A DNA stretch of 64,000 nucleotides, from assembly GCA_963692525.1 (NCBI GenBank), contig OY829953.1:3475108-3539107 (forward strand). Direction: 5' to 3'. Below are positions 18,951-28,973 of this stretch, piece after piece. Origin of the DNA: Opitutales bacterium. GTDB taxonomy: Bacteria; Verrucomicrobiota; Verrucomicrobiia; Opitutales; PNEW01. Numbering within the stretch: position 1 is the first letter of the stretch; the number at the start of each line of letters is the position of its first letter. Both the position numbers and the translations under genes were made by a program. Below the pieces are notes generated by a model that saw nothing but the letters and a program-made list of their open reading frames with translations, ran no database searches and was not told the origin of the DNA.

Positions 18951-20531
18951 ATGTACTTTCATAAATTCACCTATCATCGCGCCCTACTTTATATTTTATC
19001 TTCAATTTTTATATTGGGATTATCAACGCCCTTAATAGGCGATACCGTTATCCTCGAAACCGCTAAAGATAATACCATCTTCTCAGAGAACAATAACAGC
19101 AATGGTCGGGGATTTCTATTTTCAGGGGACACCCAGGGAAGAACTATTGATGGAACGATGTTCGGTAGTCGGCGCGCGTTGATTCAATTCGATCTCACCG
19201 GGAATGTTCCCAGTGGAGCCGTTATTGAAAATGTATCCCTTTCTGTTTTTTATGATCGGCGCGGTCCGATATCTGAAGGGACGGAAGTAGATACTTTTTT
19301 ACACCGATTACTTCAGGACTGGGGAGAAACCGGTAATTCTGAAGTTGAATTAGGCATGGGAGAATTGCCCCAACCCGGTGACGCCACTTGGCACTTCAGC
19401 TTTTTTGATTCGGAAAATTGGTCCGTCCCCGGAGGTAATTATGAAAATATTCCTTCAGCGACTCAGATCGTAACGGAAGTCGCGCCCGCGTTTTTGACTT
19501 GGAATTCCCCCACCCTGGTCTCGGATGTTCAAGGGTGGGTAGATGACCCCGAACAAAACTTTGGATGGATTTTTATTGTCGATGAATCAGTATTCGGCGG
19601 GGCGATCAGATTTTTAAGTCGAGAGAGCAGCCAGGTCGATAATCGACCGAAACTCACGGTTGAATATTCAACTGACGGCGAACCTCCGCTTGAGCAGGAT
19701 CTTATCCTTGAAGGTTCGGGTACCGTAGTGGGTGAAGCAATTGTGCACCCCAGTGGTAACATTTATAATCAGGTTCTTCTCACCGGCCAGAACATAAAAC
19801 TGCGAGCGAGAGAAAACCAGATCACGCGAGTTTCCTTTCTCGACGAGAACGAGGATATCGTCCAGGTGGAATTTTCTGGTAATGGCGCCTTTACCGTTAA
19901 CTTGGATGCAGCTTCCTTTCAACCTCCGGCATTTCCGACGAAATACAATCAACAGGTAGAGTATGTAACAGGCCGACCCAGCGTGGTTATAGAAGATGCG
20001 GATGCGAACACTTTTTTCAGTATCTTTACTGTTGGTCGTATCAATGCTGTAAATCAGGCATTGTTCCCGGATGGAGTCGTCTATGATGCGCAAGCAGATG
20101 TAACCCTTGTCGAAGTCATCAATTCTACGGGTATAGGAGGTATGCAACTATCGAACACCGTGTTCTCTGCAAGCACGGGGAAGACAGGGGTAAACGCCGA
20201 AGGTGTCACAATCGGTGTGCGCTTAACAGTAGGTGACATTGATGCGAGCGGAGACGCGGTTCCGCACCTGCTCTTTGGAACGGGTTCGTTTACATTGCCC
20301 GCTGTGGGTATGACCGGATTGAGAATTACAGGTGGCGATTTACTGCAAACGAATGGCGCTTCGATTGTTGTCGCCCCGAGTGGATCGACGACCCCGGGCT
20401 TCGAAACCCTGTTCTCACAGAACAATTTTAAGTCTGATAATACACCGCATCCAACGCAGAGCATAAATGCAACTTTCATCAACTCTGATGGAACGCCATT
20501 ATCAATAGCAACTGTGGAAATTACAATTTAG
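18951..20531 (+). CDS. Secreted protein, DNRLRE-like N-terminal domain plus shared C-terminal domain
   Basis: Signal peptide; KDNTIFSE...RRALIQFDL...DVQGWVDDPEQNFGWI...SRE...RPKLTVEY; C-terminal ~275 aa similar to those of 6292-8856 and 20714-22264. Confidence 0.8.
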   Translation: MYFHKFTYHRALLYILSSIFILGLSTPLIGDTVILETAKDNTIFSENNNSNGRGFLFSGDTQGRTIDGTMFGSRRALIQFDLTGNVPSGAVIENVSLSVFYDRRGPISEGTEVDTFLHRLLQDWGETGNSEVELGMGELPQPGDATWHFSFFDSENWSVPGGNYENIPSATQIVTEVAPAFLTWNSPTLVSDVQGWVDDPEQNFGWIFIVDESVFGGAIRFLSRESSQVDNRPKLTVEYSTDGEPPLEQDLILEGSGTVVGEAIVHPSGNIYNQVLLTGQNIKLRARENQITRVSFLDENEDIVQVEFSGNGAFTVNLDAASFQPPAFPTKYNQQVEYVTGRPSVVIEDADANTFFSIFTVGRINAVNQALFPDGVVYDAQADVTLVEVINSTGIGGMQLSNTVFSASTGKTGVNAEGVTIGVRLTVGDIDASGDAVPHLLFGTGSFTLPAVGMTGLRITGGDLLQTNGASIVVAPSGSTTPGFETLFSQNNFKSDNTPHPTQSINATFINSDGTPLSIATVEITI

Positions 20532-20713
20532 AATTAAACTCCAGGTGATAATAAATCTCTTTCATTACAAGGTATCTTCGAATAAGTTATTTTTATAATT
20601 TGTAAATAATCTTCAGTATCCTAACGTCATAATATAATTATGTCATACAGTCGTCCCCCCTGTATTTAATACGCAATATCCCGTTATCCCTACTTCGATC
20701 AAATTAATCTGAA

Positions 20714-22264
20714 ATGTATACTCAAAATAGTTCTCTCGTCAGCCGTGTTCTATTTTTGTTCTTGTTCCCAACATTCGGGTTACTCCTTCCGTCATCGGCG
20801 GATACGATAACCTTGGATGCGAGTAAGGATAATTCTATATATTCAGAAAACAATAACAGCAACGGCGATGGAGATCTCTTTTCGGGGAGAACGCAGGGGA
20901 GACAGGGTGCGGGAACACGCCGGGCTTTAATGCAATTTGATATAACGGGTAGCATCCCCAGTGGTGCTTCTATTGAAAACGTTTCAATAACTTTGAATGT
21001 GAGCAGACGGGGACCCGCATCTGTTGGCAGTTCTGTCGATGTTTTCCTGCATCGCTTAATTCAGGATTGGGGTGAAGGCACCTCGTTGGGAACAGGTCTT
21101 GGTGGATCTCCTTCCACAGGAGACGTCACTTGGAATTTCTCGTTTTTCAATACAGAAAATTGGCAGATTGAAGGGGGTAATTTTGTAAACACACCCTCGG
21201 CAACACAACCGATGTCATCATCGGGTCCGATAACCTGGAGTTCGCCAAACTTAATAGCGGACGTTCAAAGTTGGGTGGATACTCCTGAACAAAACTTTGG
21301 ATGGATTCTTCTCGTCGATGAATCAGCATTCGGGGCAGCGACTATTTTTGGCAGTCGGGAAAATAGCAGCACGGGAAGTCGCCCAAAATTGACCGTTGAT
21401 TTTTCCGCCGGCGCTGAACCTCCCGCTGTATCCGATCTCGTTCTTGAAGGGTTGGGTGATGTTGTCGGTGAAGATATACAACATCCCAGCGGTAACGTCT
21501 TTGATCAGGTTCTGCTCACCGGCCAGAGCGTAAAACTCCGCGCCAAGGAAAATCAGATTACCCGGGTATCATTTATGGACGAAAACGAGGACATCGTGCA
21601 GGTAGAGTTCTCGGGGAATGGTAACTTTACGATCAATCTTGATCCGACAACTTTTCTCCCACCTGCGGTACCCCCGCGCTACAACCAGGCAGTAGAATAC
21701 GTGACGGGCAAACCCAGCGTGCTCATCGATGGAGCAGACGCCAATACTTTCTTCAGTATCTTCACCGTAGGATCAATTAACGCGGTTAACCAGGCCTTGT
21801 TCCCCGAGGGGCAGGTCTATGACGCTCAGGCTGATGTAAGCTTAGTCGAAGTCGTTAATTCCACGGGAATGGGAGGGATGCAGTTATCGAATACGTTTTT
21901 TTCCGGGACTACGGGAAGAACCGGAATAGTAGCTGAAGGTGTACCGATCGCGGTAAGATTGACTCTGGGTGACATTGATGCAAGCGGAGATGCGGTACCC
22001 CACCTGCTCTTTGGAACGGGCTCGTTCACCGTGGCGGCGGGAAATCCCGGATTAAGAATAACCGGCGGCGATCTCCTGCAAACAAATGGTGCCTCGATTG
22101 TCATCGCCCCAAGCGGATCGACGACACCTGGATTTGAAACTTTGATCTCACAAAATAATTTCAAATCTGATTTTACGCCCCAGCCGACGCAGAGCGCGAA
22201 CGCAACATTCATCAACATTGACGGGACTACAATAACAATTAACACTGAAGAAGTTACATTTTAG
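20714..22264 (+). CDS. Tandem paralog: secreted DNRLRE-like protein plus shared C-terminal domain
   Basis: Collinear with 18951-20531 over its whole length. Confidence 0.8.
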   Translation: MYTQNSSLVSRVLFLFLFPTFGLLLPSSADTITLDASKDNSIYSENNNSNGDGDLFSGRTQGRQGAGTRRALMQFDITGSIPSGASIENVSITLNVSRRGPASVGSSVDVFLHRLIQDWGEGTSLGTGLGGSPSTGDVTWNFSFFNTENWQIEGGNFVNTPSATQPMSSSGPITWSSPNLIADVQSWVDTPEQNFGWILLVDESAFGAATIFGSRENSSTGSRPKLTVDFSAGAEPPAVSDLVLEGLGDVVGEDIQHPSGNVFDQVLLTGQSVKLRAKENQITRVSFMDENEDIVQVEFSGNGNFTINLDPTTFLPPAVPPRYNQAVEYVTGKPSVLIDGADANTFFSIFTVGSINAVNQALFPEGQVYDAQADVSLVEVVNSTGMGGMQLSNTFFSGTTGRTGIVAEGVPIAVRLTLGDIDASGDAVPHLLFGTGSFTVAAGNPGLRITGGDLLQTNGASIVIAPSGSTTPGFETLISQNNFKSDFTPQPTQSANATFINIDGTTITINTEEVTF

Positions 22265-22368
22265 TAAAAATCTATCAAGAAATTGTAATTGTTCCGATCT
22301 ACTTGAAATTCAACTCAATTTAAACTATTTTACCTACGTAAGAAAACCGGCTTTCCACGCACAACATT

Positions 22369-23163
22369 ATGAAAAAAATATTAATCGAAATTTTAACCGC
22401 TTGTTTCATTGGAGTGCTTTCTGCCCAAGCGGATGTTCTTGAATTGAAAAACGGTAAAGTGCTCAACGGCAAATACCTGGGAGGAACACAACAATCCATA
22501 CGGTTTCAAATCGGTGATAAAGTGGAAGTCATATCAAAAGATGATGCTCTGGCATTAACATTTTCTGGTTCGGCGAGCGCGGGATCTGAAAGTATCACCA
22601 GTTATTCTCGTCCCTCTTATGATTCAAGTGCGTCCTATTCACCAAGCGTAATAAAAATTAAAAGTGTAACCATACCCGCAGGGACAAGCATTATGGTAAC
22701 CCTCGTTGACAGCATAGACACGAGGACTGACCAAGCCGGACAAAAATTCAGAGCCCGCTTAGCGGCAGATCTATATGTCGGTGATACCCTCGTTGCAAAT
22801 GAAGGTTCACTTGTATACGGCATATTACAACGGTCCAAACAAGCGGGAAGGATAGCAGGTACTTCTTCAGTAGATATTGGACTGTCTGAGATGGAAATTA
22901 ATGAAAAATTATATCCTATCTTTACAACCAATCATATTGAACGCGGTAAAGACGCTACTAAAGGAACCCTGCACGCAGTAGGCGCCGGTGCCCTCCTCGG
23001 TGCACTTATCGATAAGAATAATAGAGGTCGCGGTGCGTTAAAAGGAGCCGCTATTGGAACTGGTGTCGCGCTTATTACTCCGGGTAAACCTGTTCAATTA
23101 CCACCTAATACTTTGCTCGAATTCAGACTTGCACAGCCGGTCAGGATAAACGTCCCCATGTGA
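22369..23163 (+). CDS. Exported hypothetical protein with TrbI/VirB10-like beta domain and glycine zipper
   Basis: Signal peptide ending AQA; VTIPAGTSIMVTL...; GAGALLGALI...GALKGAAIGTGVAL. Confidence 0.65.
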   Translation: MKKILIEILTACFIGVLSAQADVLELKNGKVLNGKYLGGTQQSIRFQIGDKVEVISKDDALALTFSGSASAGSESITSYSRPSYDSSASYSPSVIKIKSVTIPAGTSIMVTLVDSIDTRTDQAGQKFRARLAADLYVGDTLVANEGSLVYGILQRSKQAGRIAGTSSVDIGLSEMEINEKLYPIFTTNHIERGKDATKGTLHAVGAGALLGALIDKNNRGRGALKGAAIGTGVALITPGKPVQLPPNTLLEFRLAQPVRINVPM

Positions 23164-23315
23164 GTGTTTAGCTAGCGAGTCTGAAATTCTCCAGTATGTG
23201 TGAATATAGATCGGGGTGGCAGAGATTTGCTATCGTCCCGCAGGTGTCGTAATCGTATTAAGACCCAGGCGCCATAGTTTGACATCACAACCGACAATTA
23301 TGTATTAGCCCTATT

Positions 23316-24158
23316 ATGAGCTATACTATTCCCGATACCGATTGGGCCAATTTAAATTTAGGGAAAAGAATCAAGCACCTAGAAGTCGAGGGTTATGTTG
23401 TTATGCCGGATATCCTCAGTCCTGAGCTTGTCAAAAAACTGAAAACTGAAACTGCCAAGCTTCAGACGAGGCAAGTCGATTACAGTGAGAAACAGCGCGT
23501 TTTAGATAAAAAAGGCCTGGAATATAAGGGTGGTGTATTTACCGATCTCATTGTTCATCCCCCAACCACTGACTTCTTGAAGGCGCTTTGTGGCGATGAG
23601 ATCATCATGATGCAATACACCTATTCACGGTCCGAGCCGGGACACCCGGGAATTAATTTTCATTGTGATGCAATGAATTATGGGTCGAATGAATTCAGTG
23701 ACGCGCTCAGCTGTCCCAAAATGGTTCGTGTTCTCTACTATCTGGACGATCTTACCCCGGAGATTTCTCCTTTCCGTATTATCCCCCGCACACACCTGAG
23801 CTTTCATAATCAGGCGAACCCCTACCTTCGTTACAAGGATCATCCTGAGCAAGTCATGATTACTTGTAAGGCAGGTTCTGCGGTTATTTTTAATATGTAT
23901 TGTTTTCACGGTAATTTTCCTAACGTCGGGGATAGACCGCGAGAAGTGCTAATAATTAGTTACCGTCCCTCGTGGGCCGGTCCGATAAATGAGATTAAGT
24001 CTAGAGACCCGGAAAAAGTCGCAACACTGCCTCCAGAAGTTCAAACCTACATGGGCGACTTGAATACGCGTATTTGGAAACCGAATGCGGGCAATATCCA
24101 CCCTGACATGCCGAGTGATGCAGAGGGAATCAATCCCAGTCGTTGGGATCACGTTTAA
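23316..24158 (+). CDS. Phytanoyl-CoA dioxygenase family Fe(II)/2OG oxygenase
   Basis: EGYVVMPDIL, HCD (HxD), YYLDD, KAGSAVIFN...FHG, distal Arg. Confidence 0.88.
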   Translation: MSYTIPDTDWANLNLGKRIKHLEVEGYVVMPDILSPELVKKLKTETAKLQTRQVDYSEKQRVLDKKGLEYKGGVFTDLIVHPPTTDFLKALCGDEIIMMQYTYSRSEPGHPGINFHCDAMNYGSNEFSDALSCPKMVRVLYYLDDLTPEISPFRIIPRTHLSFHNQANPYLRYKDHPEQVMITCKAGSAVIFNMYCFHGNFPNVGDRPREVLIISYRPSWAGPINEIKSRDPEKVATLPPEVQTYMGDLNTRIWKPNAGNIHPDMPSDAEGINPSRWDHV

Positions 24159-24171
24159 TCCGCGGAAGATT

Positions 24172-24590
24172 CACCGCAGAGACGCGGCGAACGCAGAGTT
24201 TATGTTTAGAATTTTGGTTTTGGTATTGTTCATAAACTAATTCGCCGTGATCTCAGTTCCTAAGCGGTTACTGGAAGAGTGTTATAGTAATAATCTGAAG
24301 GGACGAAGACGGATCAGCCTCTTCGTCTTCGTCTCAGTTAATTTTAGAAATTAATAAGTCATAAATATTGCAACCCTAGGTGGAGCGGGCAGTCTCAGCA
24401 CGCTTCTTCAATTTCTACTTAAACTAAACGCGCTAGGGACAGCGCGTTCCACCCTATAGACTATTTAATCTTCATCCCTTTTAGTTAAAATTTCTTCTTG
24501 TGAATCTTGTGCCTTTGGAAGATGTCGCTACGCTCGGTAGTGGCCATTCGACAATCGACAATCCGTAATCGATATTCGATAGTGCCAATT
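24172..24590. repeat. Cluster of several REP-like/short repeat families
   Basis: caccgcagagacgcggcgaacgcagag (24172-24198); gacgaagacgg...cttcgtcttcgtc (24302-24333); ggtggagcggg...cagcgcgttccacc palindrome (~24379-24453); heptamer array ccattcg acaatcg acaatcc gtaatcg (~24544-24571). Confidence 0.75.
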
Positions 24591-24591
24591 G

Positions 24592-25557
24592 ATGAGCAAA
24601 CCGAAGGTATTAGTTACTAAAGATGTTCCTCAAGATTATCTGGAGCCGATAATAGATACAGTCGAGTTAATCGTGGGGGGGACAGAAACCAGTCTGATGC
24701 CAAGAGCTGATGTGATAGGTTTGCTTCCCCATTTAGATGCCATCATCAATCAAATTGAATTACAGGTCGATCAAGAGATACTGGACAAAGCGCTCAATCT
24801 AAAGATTGTCGCGAATCCAGCCGCTGGATTCGACAATCTCAATACGGATTTAATGGCAAAAAACGGGGTGTGGGCTACGAATGCCGCCGAACCATTTGCC
24901 CTCGCAACCGCAGAATGCACTTTTGGATTGCTCCTCTGCCTCGCCCGGCGCCTGCCTGAATTTGATCGTTACGTTCGCAGGGGGGGCTGGAAAATGGCGG
25001 TTCCCGGAAATCATAATGGCATTCTTATTTCTGGAAAGACATTGGGAATCATCGGCTACGGTAGAATCGGGAAAGTCGTAGCCCAACAGGCACGCGCATT
25101 TAATATGCGTGTCATCCATCATCGTTTACATAATACAAACGATTCTGATTACCGCTCACTGCCTGACCTTCTCGCTGAGTCTGACTTTGTCTCCCTCCAT
25201 ACACCCCTTACACAAGATACAAAAAAACTGATTAATGAAGAACGCCTCGCTCTAATGAAAAAAAGTTCCTACCTCATTAATACCTCGCGAGGTCCGGTCG
25301 TCGATGAAAGCGCATTGGTAAAAGCTTTACAAAATGGACACTTAGCGGGTGCAGCGATTGATGTATTTGAAGACGAACCCCACGTTCACCCCGGCCTGAT
25401 AAAAATGGAAAACGTAGTATTGACACCTCATCTCGGTGGCGGGGCTAGAGAAACACGCTTGAAAGCACATCACATATGTTGTGAAAATGTTCTCTCAGTA
25501 CTCCGGGGTGAATCACCGCCTAACGCTTTAAATACACCATCGAATCCAAGAAAATAA
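24592..25557 (+). CDS. D-isomer-specific 2-hydroxyacid dehydrogenase (glyoxylate reductase-like)
   Basis: GIIGYGRIG, INTSRGPVVDE, DVFEDEP, LTPHLG; catalytic R/E/H intact. Confidence 0.92.
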   Translation: MSKPKVLVTKDVPQDYLEPIIDTVELIVGGTETSLMPRADVIGLLPHLDAIINQIELQVDQEILDKALNLKIVANPAAGFDNLNTDLMAKNGVWATNAAEPFALATAECTFGLLLCLARRLPEFDRYVRRGGWKMAVPGNHNGILISGKTLGIIGYGRIGKVVAQQARAFNMRVIHHRLHNTNDSDYRSLPDLLAESDFVSLHTPLTQDTKKLINEERLALMKKSSYLINTSRGPVVDESALVKALQNGHLAGAAIDVFEDEPHVHPGLIKMENVVLTPHLGGGARETRLKAHHICCENVLSVLRGESPPNALNTPSNPRK

Positions 25558-26732
25558 TGTCAAAAGCACCGCCTGATCTTTTCGTATTTCCCAATAAAGT
25601 ATTATTCGGGAGAGGATCCATTCATGAACTTGAAAGCCAGTTAAGTAAACTCAATGTAAGTAGACCTCTCTTCGTCACTGATGCCGGGCTAATCAAAAAC
25701 GGCCTGGCCTCCACCATTCATCAGGAATTGAAAAAAGAGGGTATGGATGGACCAATCTTTGATGGCAGTGATGAAAATCCTACCGAAGAGAATGTTCTCG
25801 AAGGGTTAGAAATTTATGAAAAAGAAAAATGTGACGGGATTATAGGATTTGGAGGCGGGAGTTCCATCGACGCTGCAAAAGGAATTCGGGTGAAGTCAAC
25901 TCATCCCCTGCCGCTTGCGGAATATGCTATTGGTGCAGGTGGTTGGGATAAACTCGTCAATCCAATGCCACCGATGGCTGCTGTTCCCACTACCGCCGGT
26001 ACTGGCAGTGAAGTGGGTCGTGGAGCACTGATCATTGTTCGTCCCTCGGGTGCGAAAGTCGCCATTGCAGGAGAGAATCTTTTTCCCACATTTTCCCTGT
26101 GCGATCCCGAGTTGACGGTTAATCTCCCTCCATTCCTCACCGCAGGGACGGGGATGGATGCATTGACCCATTGTATTGAAGAGTACCTATCACCAAAATA
26201 TAACCCCCTCGTGGATGGTATGGTCTTAGAAGGCATTCGACGAGGTAGAGAGGCAATAGTCCGGGCTTATGAAGACGGCAGCGATCTCGAAGCACGTGGA
26301 GAGATGATGATCGCGGCGATGATTGGTGGGATAGGTTTCAGTAAAGGCCTCGGTGTCGTCCATTCACTCTCCCACCCCATTGGTTCGGTCATCGGCGGAC
26401 ATCATGGAACAATCAACGCTATATTATTGCCCGCGGCGCTCGAATTTAACTTCAATCATTCACTCGACCGCTTCCTCACCTTGGCCGATGCTCTCGGAGT
26501 GAAACCCCTTTCACAAAGCGATGAAGCGAGCGGACAAGCTATTATAGCATTCATCCGCGAACTTAATCAAAAGCTAAAGATACCCGAAGACCTTTCCGTA
26601 TACGGAGCTAAGCGCGATCAGATCTCGCCAATGCTTCCGATGTGCATGGCTGATCACTGCCATAAAACTAATCCACGCCCATGCACGGAGGAAGATTTCC
26701 AACAATTACTGGAAGCTCACATTCCGCAATGA
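25557..26732 (+). CDS. Iron-containing alcohol dehydrogenase
   Basis: GFGGGSSIDAAK, PTTAGTGSE, GMDALTHCIE, HSLSH, HHG. Confidence 0.92.
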   Translation: MSKAPPDLFVFPNKVLFGRGSIHELESQLSKLNVSRPLFVTDAGLIKNGLASTIHQELKKEGMDGPIFDGSDENPTEENVLEGLEIYEKEKCDGIIGFGGGSSIDAAKGIRVKSTHPLPLAEYAIGAGGWDKLVNPMPPMAAVPTTAGTGSEVGRGALIIVRPSGAKVAIAGENLFPTFSLCDPELTVNLPPFLTAGTGMDALTHCIEEYLSPKYNPLVDGMVLEGIRRGREAIVRAYEDGSDLEARGEMMIAAMIGGIGFSKGLGVVHSLSHPIGSVIGGHHGTINAILLPAALEFNFNHSLDRFLTLADALGVKPLSQSDEASGQAIIAFIRELNQKLKIPEDLSVYGAKRDQISPMLPMCMADHCHKTNPRPCTEEDFQQLLEAHIPQ

Positions 26733-26745
26733 GCATACACTGAGG

Positions 26746-27927
26746 GTGAAAATTACCGCGGTCAGCGTTTTAGCTAAAAGGATGAGTACGCCTCATCCCA
26801 CCCTTGTCGAGATTGAGACCGATGAAGGGATTACCGGCATCGGTGCGACCGCCGCACCTCCCTATGTCATCGCCCCTCTCATTGAAAAGGGAATACATAG
26901 CATGCGCTCCTATCTTATTGGCGAAGACCCTACCGACATTAACCGCTTGTGGAAAACATTATTTGAAACCTGGCAGGCGCGAAATTTCGGGCGCGGTGGA
27001 GAAGGTGGATTGGCGGTCAACGCAATGAGCGCGATTGATATTGCTCTGTGGGACATTGCAGGAAAAGCGCGACAGGTTCCCCTATATAAACTGCTTGGCG
27101 ACGCGATACAATCCAAGGTCATGGTATACGCCAGCGCTGGTGCTTACTTGGATAAAGAATTCAGTGAAGGAACCTATAAACATAAACCTGGTGATGAATT
27201 AGTGCGGGAAAGTAAGCAGTATGTAGAACAAGGTTTTAAAGCTATAAAATTTGGATGGGGTAATTTTTACCGGGCTGAAGACCTGGAGACTTTGGCCGCC
27301 ATTCGCGAGGCGATCGGGCCCGACATACACTTGATGCTCGACTCCGCATGGATGGGTTACCTGGAAGAGGGTTATACCCTGAAAGACGCTATTAAAATAG
27401 CTAAGACTTTGGAACAGTTTGATATCTACTTTCTAGAAGAAGCATTAAATCCATACGACGTAAATGGGTTTAAAACGCTCACAGAAGAGACCGCTATTAA
27501 AATTGCGACAGGTGAAAGCCTCACAACACGACGTGACTTTTTAACTTTTATCGACAATAGAGCCTGTGACATTATTCAACCCGATGTCCAACAGATCGGG
27601 ATAAGCACTTTTGTTGAAGTAGCCCGACGAGCTGAAGACGCTGGAATTCTCTGTATTCCCCACTGCCCCTGGTCGTCCATCGCGGTTGCCGGCCATTTGC
27701 AAATTCTTTCTACTTTAAGTAACGGGACAATGATTGAGTACCCTGCCTATTCCAGTTTTGTCGATGAAGGTGCGCGATTGCCAATGCTGCAAATCATGCA
27801 CAATAAAATTATTGATTACCCCTTAATCTATGACGATGGTTACTTGATATTATCGGATAAACCCGGCCTGGGACTGGGTAATTTCATACCTGAAGGGATT
27901 GCCGAATTAGAAGCACTTTGCAGCTAA
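26746..27927 (+). CDS. Mandelate racemase/muconate lactonizing enzyme family (probable acid-sugar dehydratase)
   Basis: SAIDIALWDIAGK, metal ligands MLD / LEE / GES, QPD, IPH. Confidence 0.9.
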   Translation: MKITAVSVLAKRMSTPHPTLVEIETDEGITGIGATAAPPYVIAPLIEKGIHSMRSYLIGEDPTDINRLWKTLFETWQARNFGRGGEGGLAVNAMSAIDIALWDIAGKARQVPLYKLLGDAIQSKVMVYASAGAYLDKEFSEGTYKHKPGDELVRESKQYVEQGFKAIKFGWGNFYRAEDLETLAAIREAIGPDIHLMLDSAWMGYLEEGYTLKDAIKIAKTLEQFDIYFLEEALNPYDVNGFKTLTEETAIKIATGESLTTRRDFLTFIDNRACDIIQPDVQQIGISTFVEVARRAEDAGILCIPHCPWSSIAVAGHLQILSTLSNGTMIEYPAYSSFVDEGARLPMLQIMHNKIIDYPLIYDDGYLILSDKPGLGLGNFIPEGIAELEALCS

Positions 27928-27944
27928 CAAAACGTGTCATTAAT

Positions 27945-28961
27945 ATGAATGAAGTTAAAAAAGTAATTGTTACGAGGGACTGGTGCAGGGATAAAATATT
28001 CAAGCAGTCGGTGGAAAGAGAATTTAATGGAATCGAATTTATCGTAAGTGGAAACCGAAGTGAGATTTTAAATGAAGTTGTCGATGCTGATGTCGCGTTT
28101 ATCGGGGAATTTGATGAAGAGATATTAAGCGCGGGAAATGAATTGAAGTGGATACATGCACTCATCGGTGGCGCTGGAAGCTACTTATTTCCAAAAATGG
28201 TCGCCAGCCCTATTCCCTTTACCTGCAGCAAACCCTGTTACGGTATTGCCGGCGCAGAACATGCGATAAGCGCCATGCTCATGTTTTCTCATCGCATGCA
28301 TTATATTATCGGGAGTGAACCTCTCGCTCAAGGTATGGGAGCGGAACCTATCCCCCGAAGAGGAAATGATGGTCGCGACGCCTCGCTTATCCCGAATGAT
28401 TTAAAAGGGAAGACAGTGGGAATTATTGGCATGGGTAATATTGGTCGCGCTCTTGCTGAGCTAGCGAGTTCAATGGGTATGAAAGTTTTGGGAACAGCAC
28501 GCAGAGCGATTGAAAACCATAAGGGGGTGGATAAAATGTATCTCCTTGAGAACATTGATCATCTGTTAGCCAATTCTGATTTTATTGTCATCGCGGTACC
28601 GTTAACAGAAAAGACTCAGGGAATGGTTGATGATTCCATGCTCAAACACATGAAAAATACCGCTTACTTGATTGACTGCACCGGTAGACCCAATGTTTAC
28701 AATTATCACGCGATTGAGCGGGCTATCGAGGAAGAAAGGATAGCTGGAGTTTGTTTTCAACCTGTTCCCCCAACTCCTGAAGTGGCTATGCCTTCGGTAG
28801 ATTCAACGTTCTGGAAAAAATACAACGTGGTCGTAACCCCGTGCCGGGGAAATTCCCTCGAACAGGAACAGCAATGCCTCGATTTATTTTTTGACAACTT
28901 GAAAGCCTTTCAAGCAGGTGATTCGCTCAATGGTTTAGTCGACAAAGAGGCGGGGTACTAA
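27945..28961 (+). CDS. 2-hydroxyacid dehydrogenase-like protein with divergent active site
   Basis: GKTVGIIGMGNIG Rossmann motif and VPLTEKT present, but TPC replaces TPH and the DVFxxEP motif is missing. Confidence 0.8.
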   Translation: MNEVKKVIVTRDWCRDKIFKQSVEREFNGIEFIVSGNRSEILNEVVDADVAFIGEFDEEILSAGNELKWIHALIGGAGSYLFPKMVASPIPFTCSKPCYGIAGAEHAISAMLMFSHRMHYIIGSEPLAQGMGAEPIPRRGNDGRDASLIPNDLKGKTVGIIGMGNIGRALAELASSMGMKVLGTARRAIENHKGVDKMYLLENIDHLLANSDFIVIAVPLTEKTQGMVDDSMLKHMKNTAYLIDCTGRPNVYNYHAIERAIEEERIAGVCFQPVPPTPEVAMPSVDSTFWKKYNVVVTPCRGNSLEQEQQCLDLFFDNLKAFQAGDSLNGLVDKEAGY

Positions 28962-28973
28962 TACAGAAATTTA

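Noticed and set aside
23164..23315. Possible tRNA or riboswitch upstream of the dioxygenase
   Set aside because: No cloverleaf, T-loop or aptamer consensus that I can recognise; an Rfam scan would be needed.
24159..24590. CRISPR array
   Set aside because: Repeats are short, degenerate or palindromic with no constant repeat-spacer period; no cas genes in the window.
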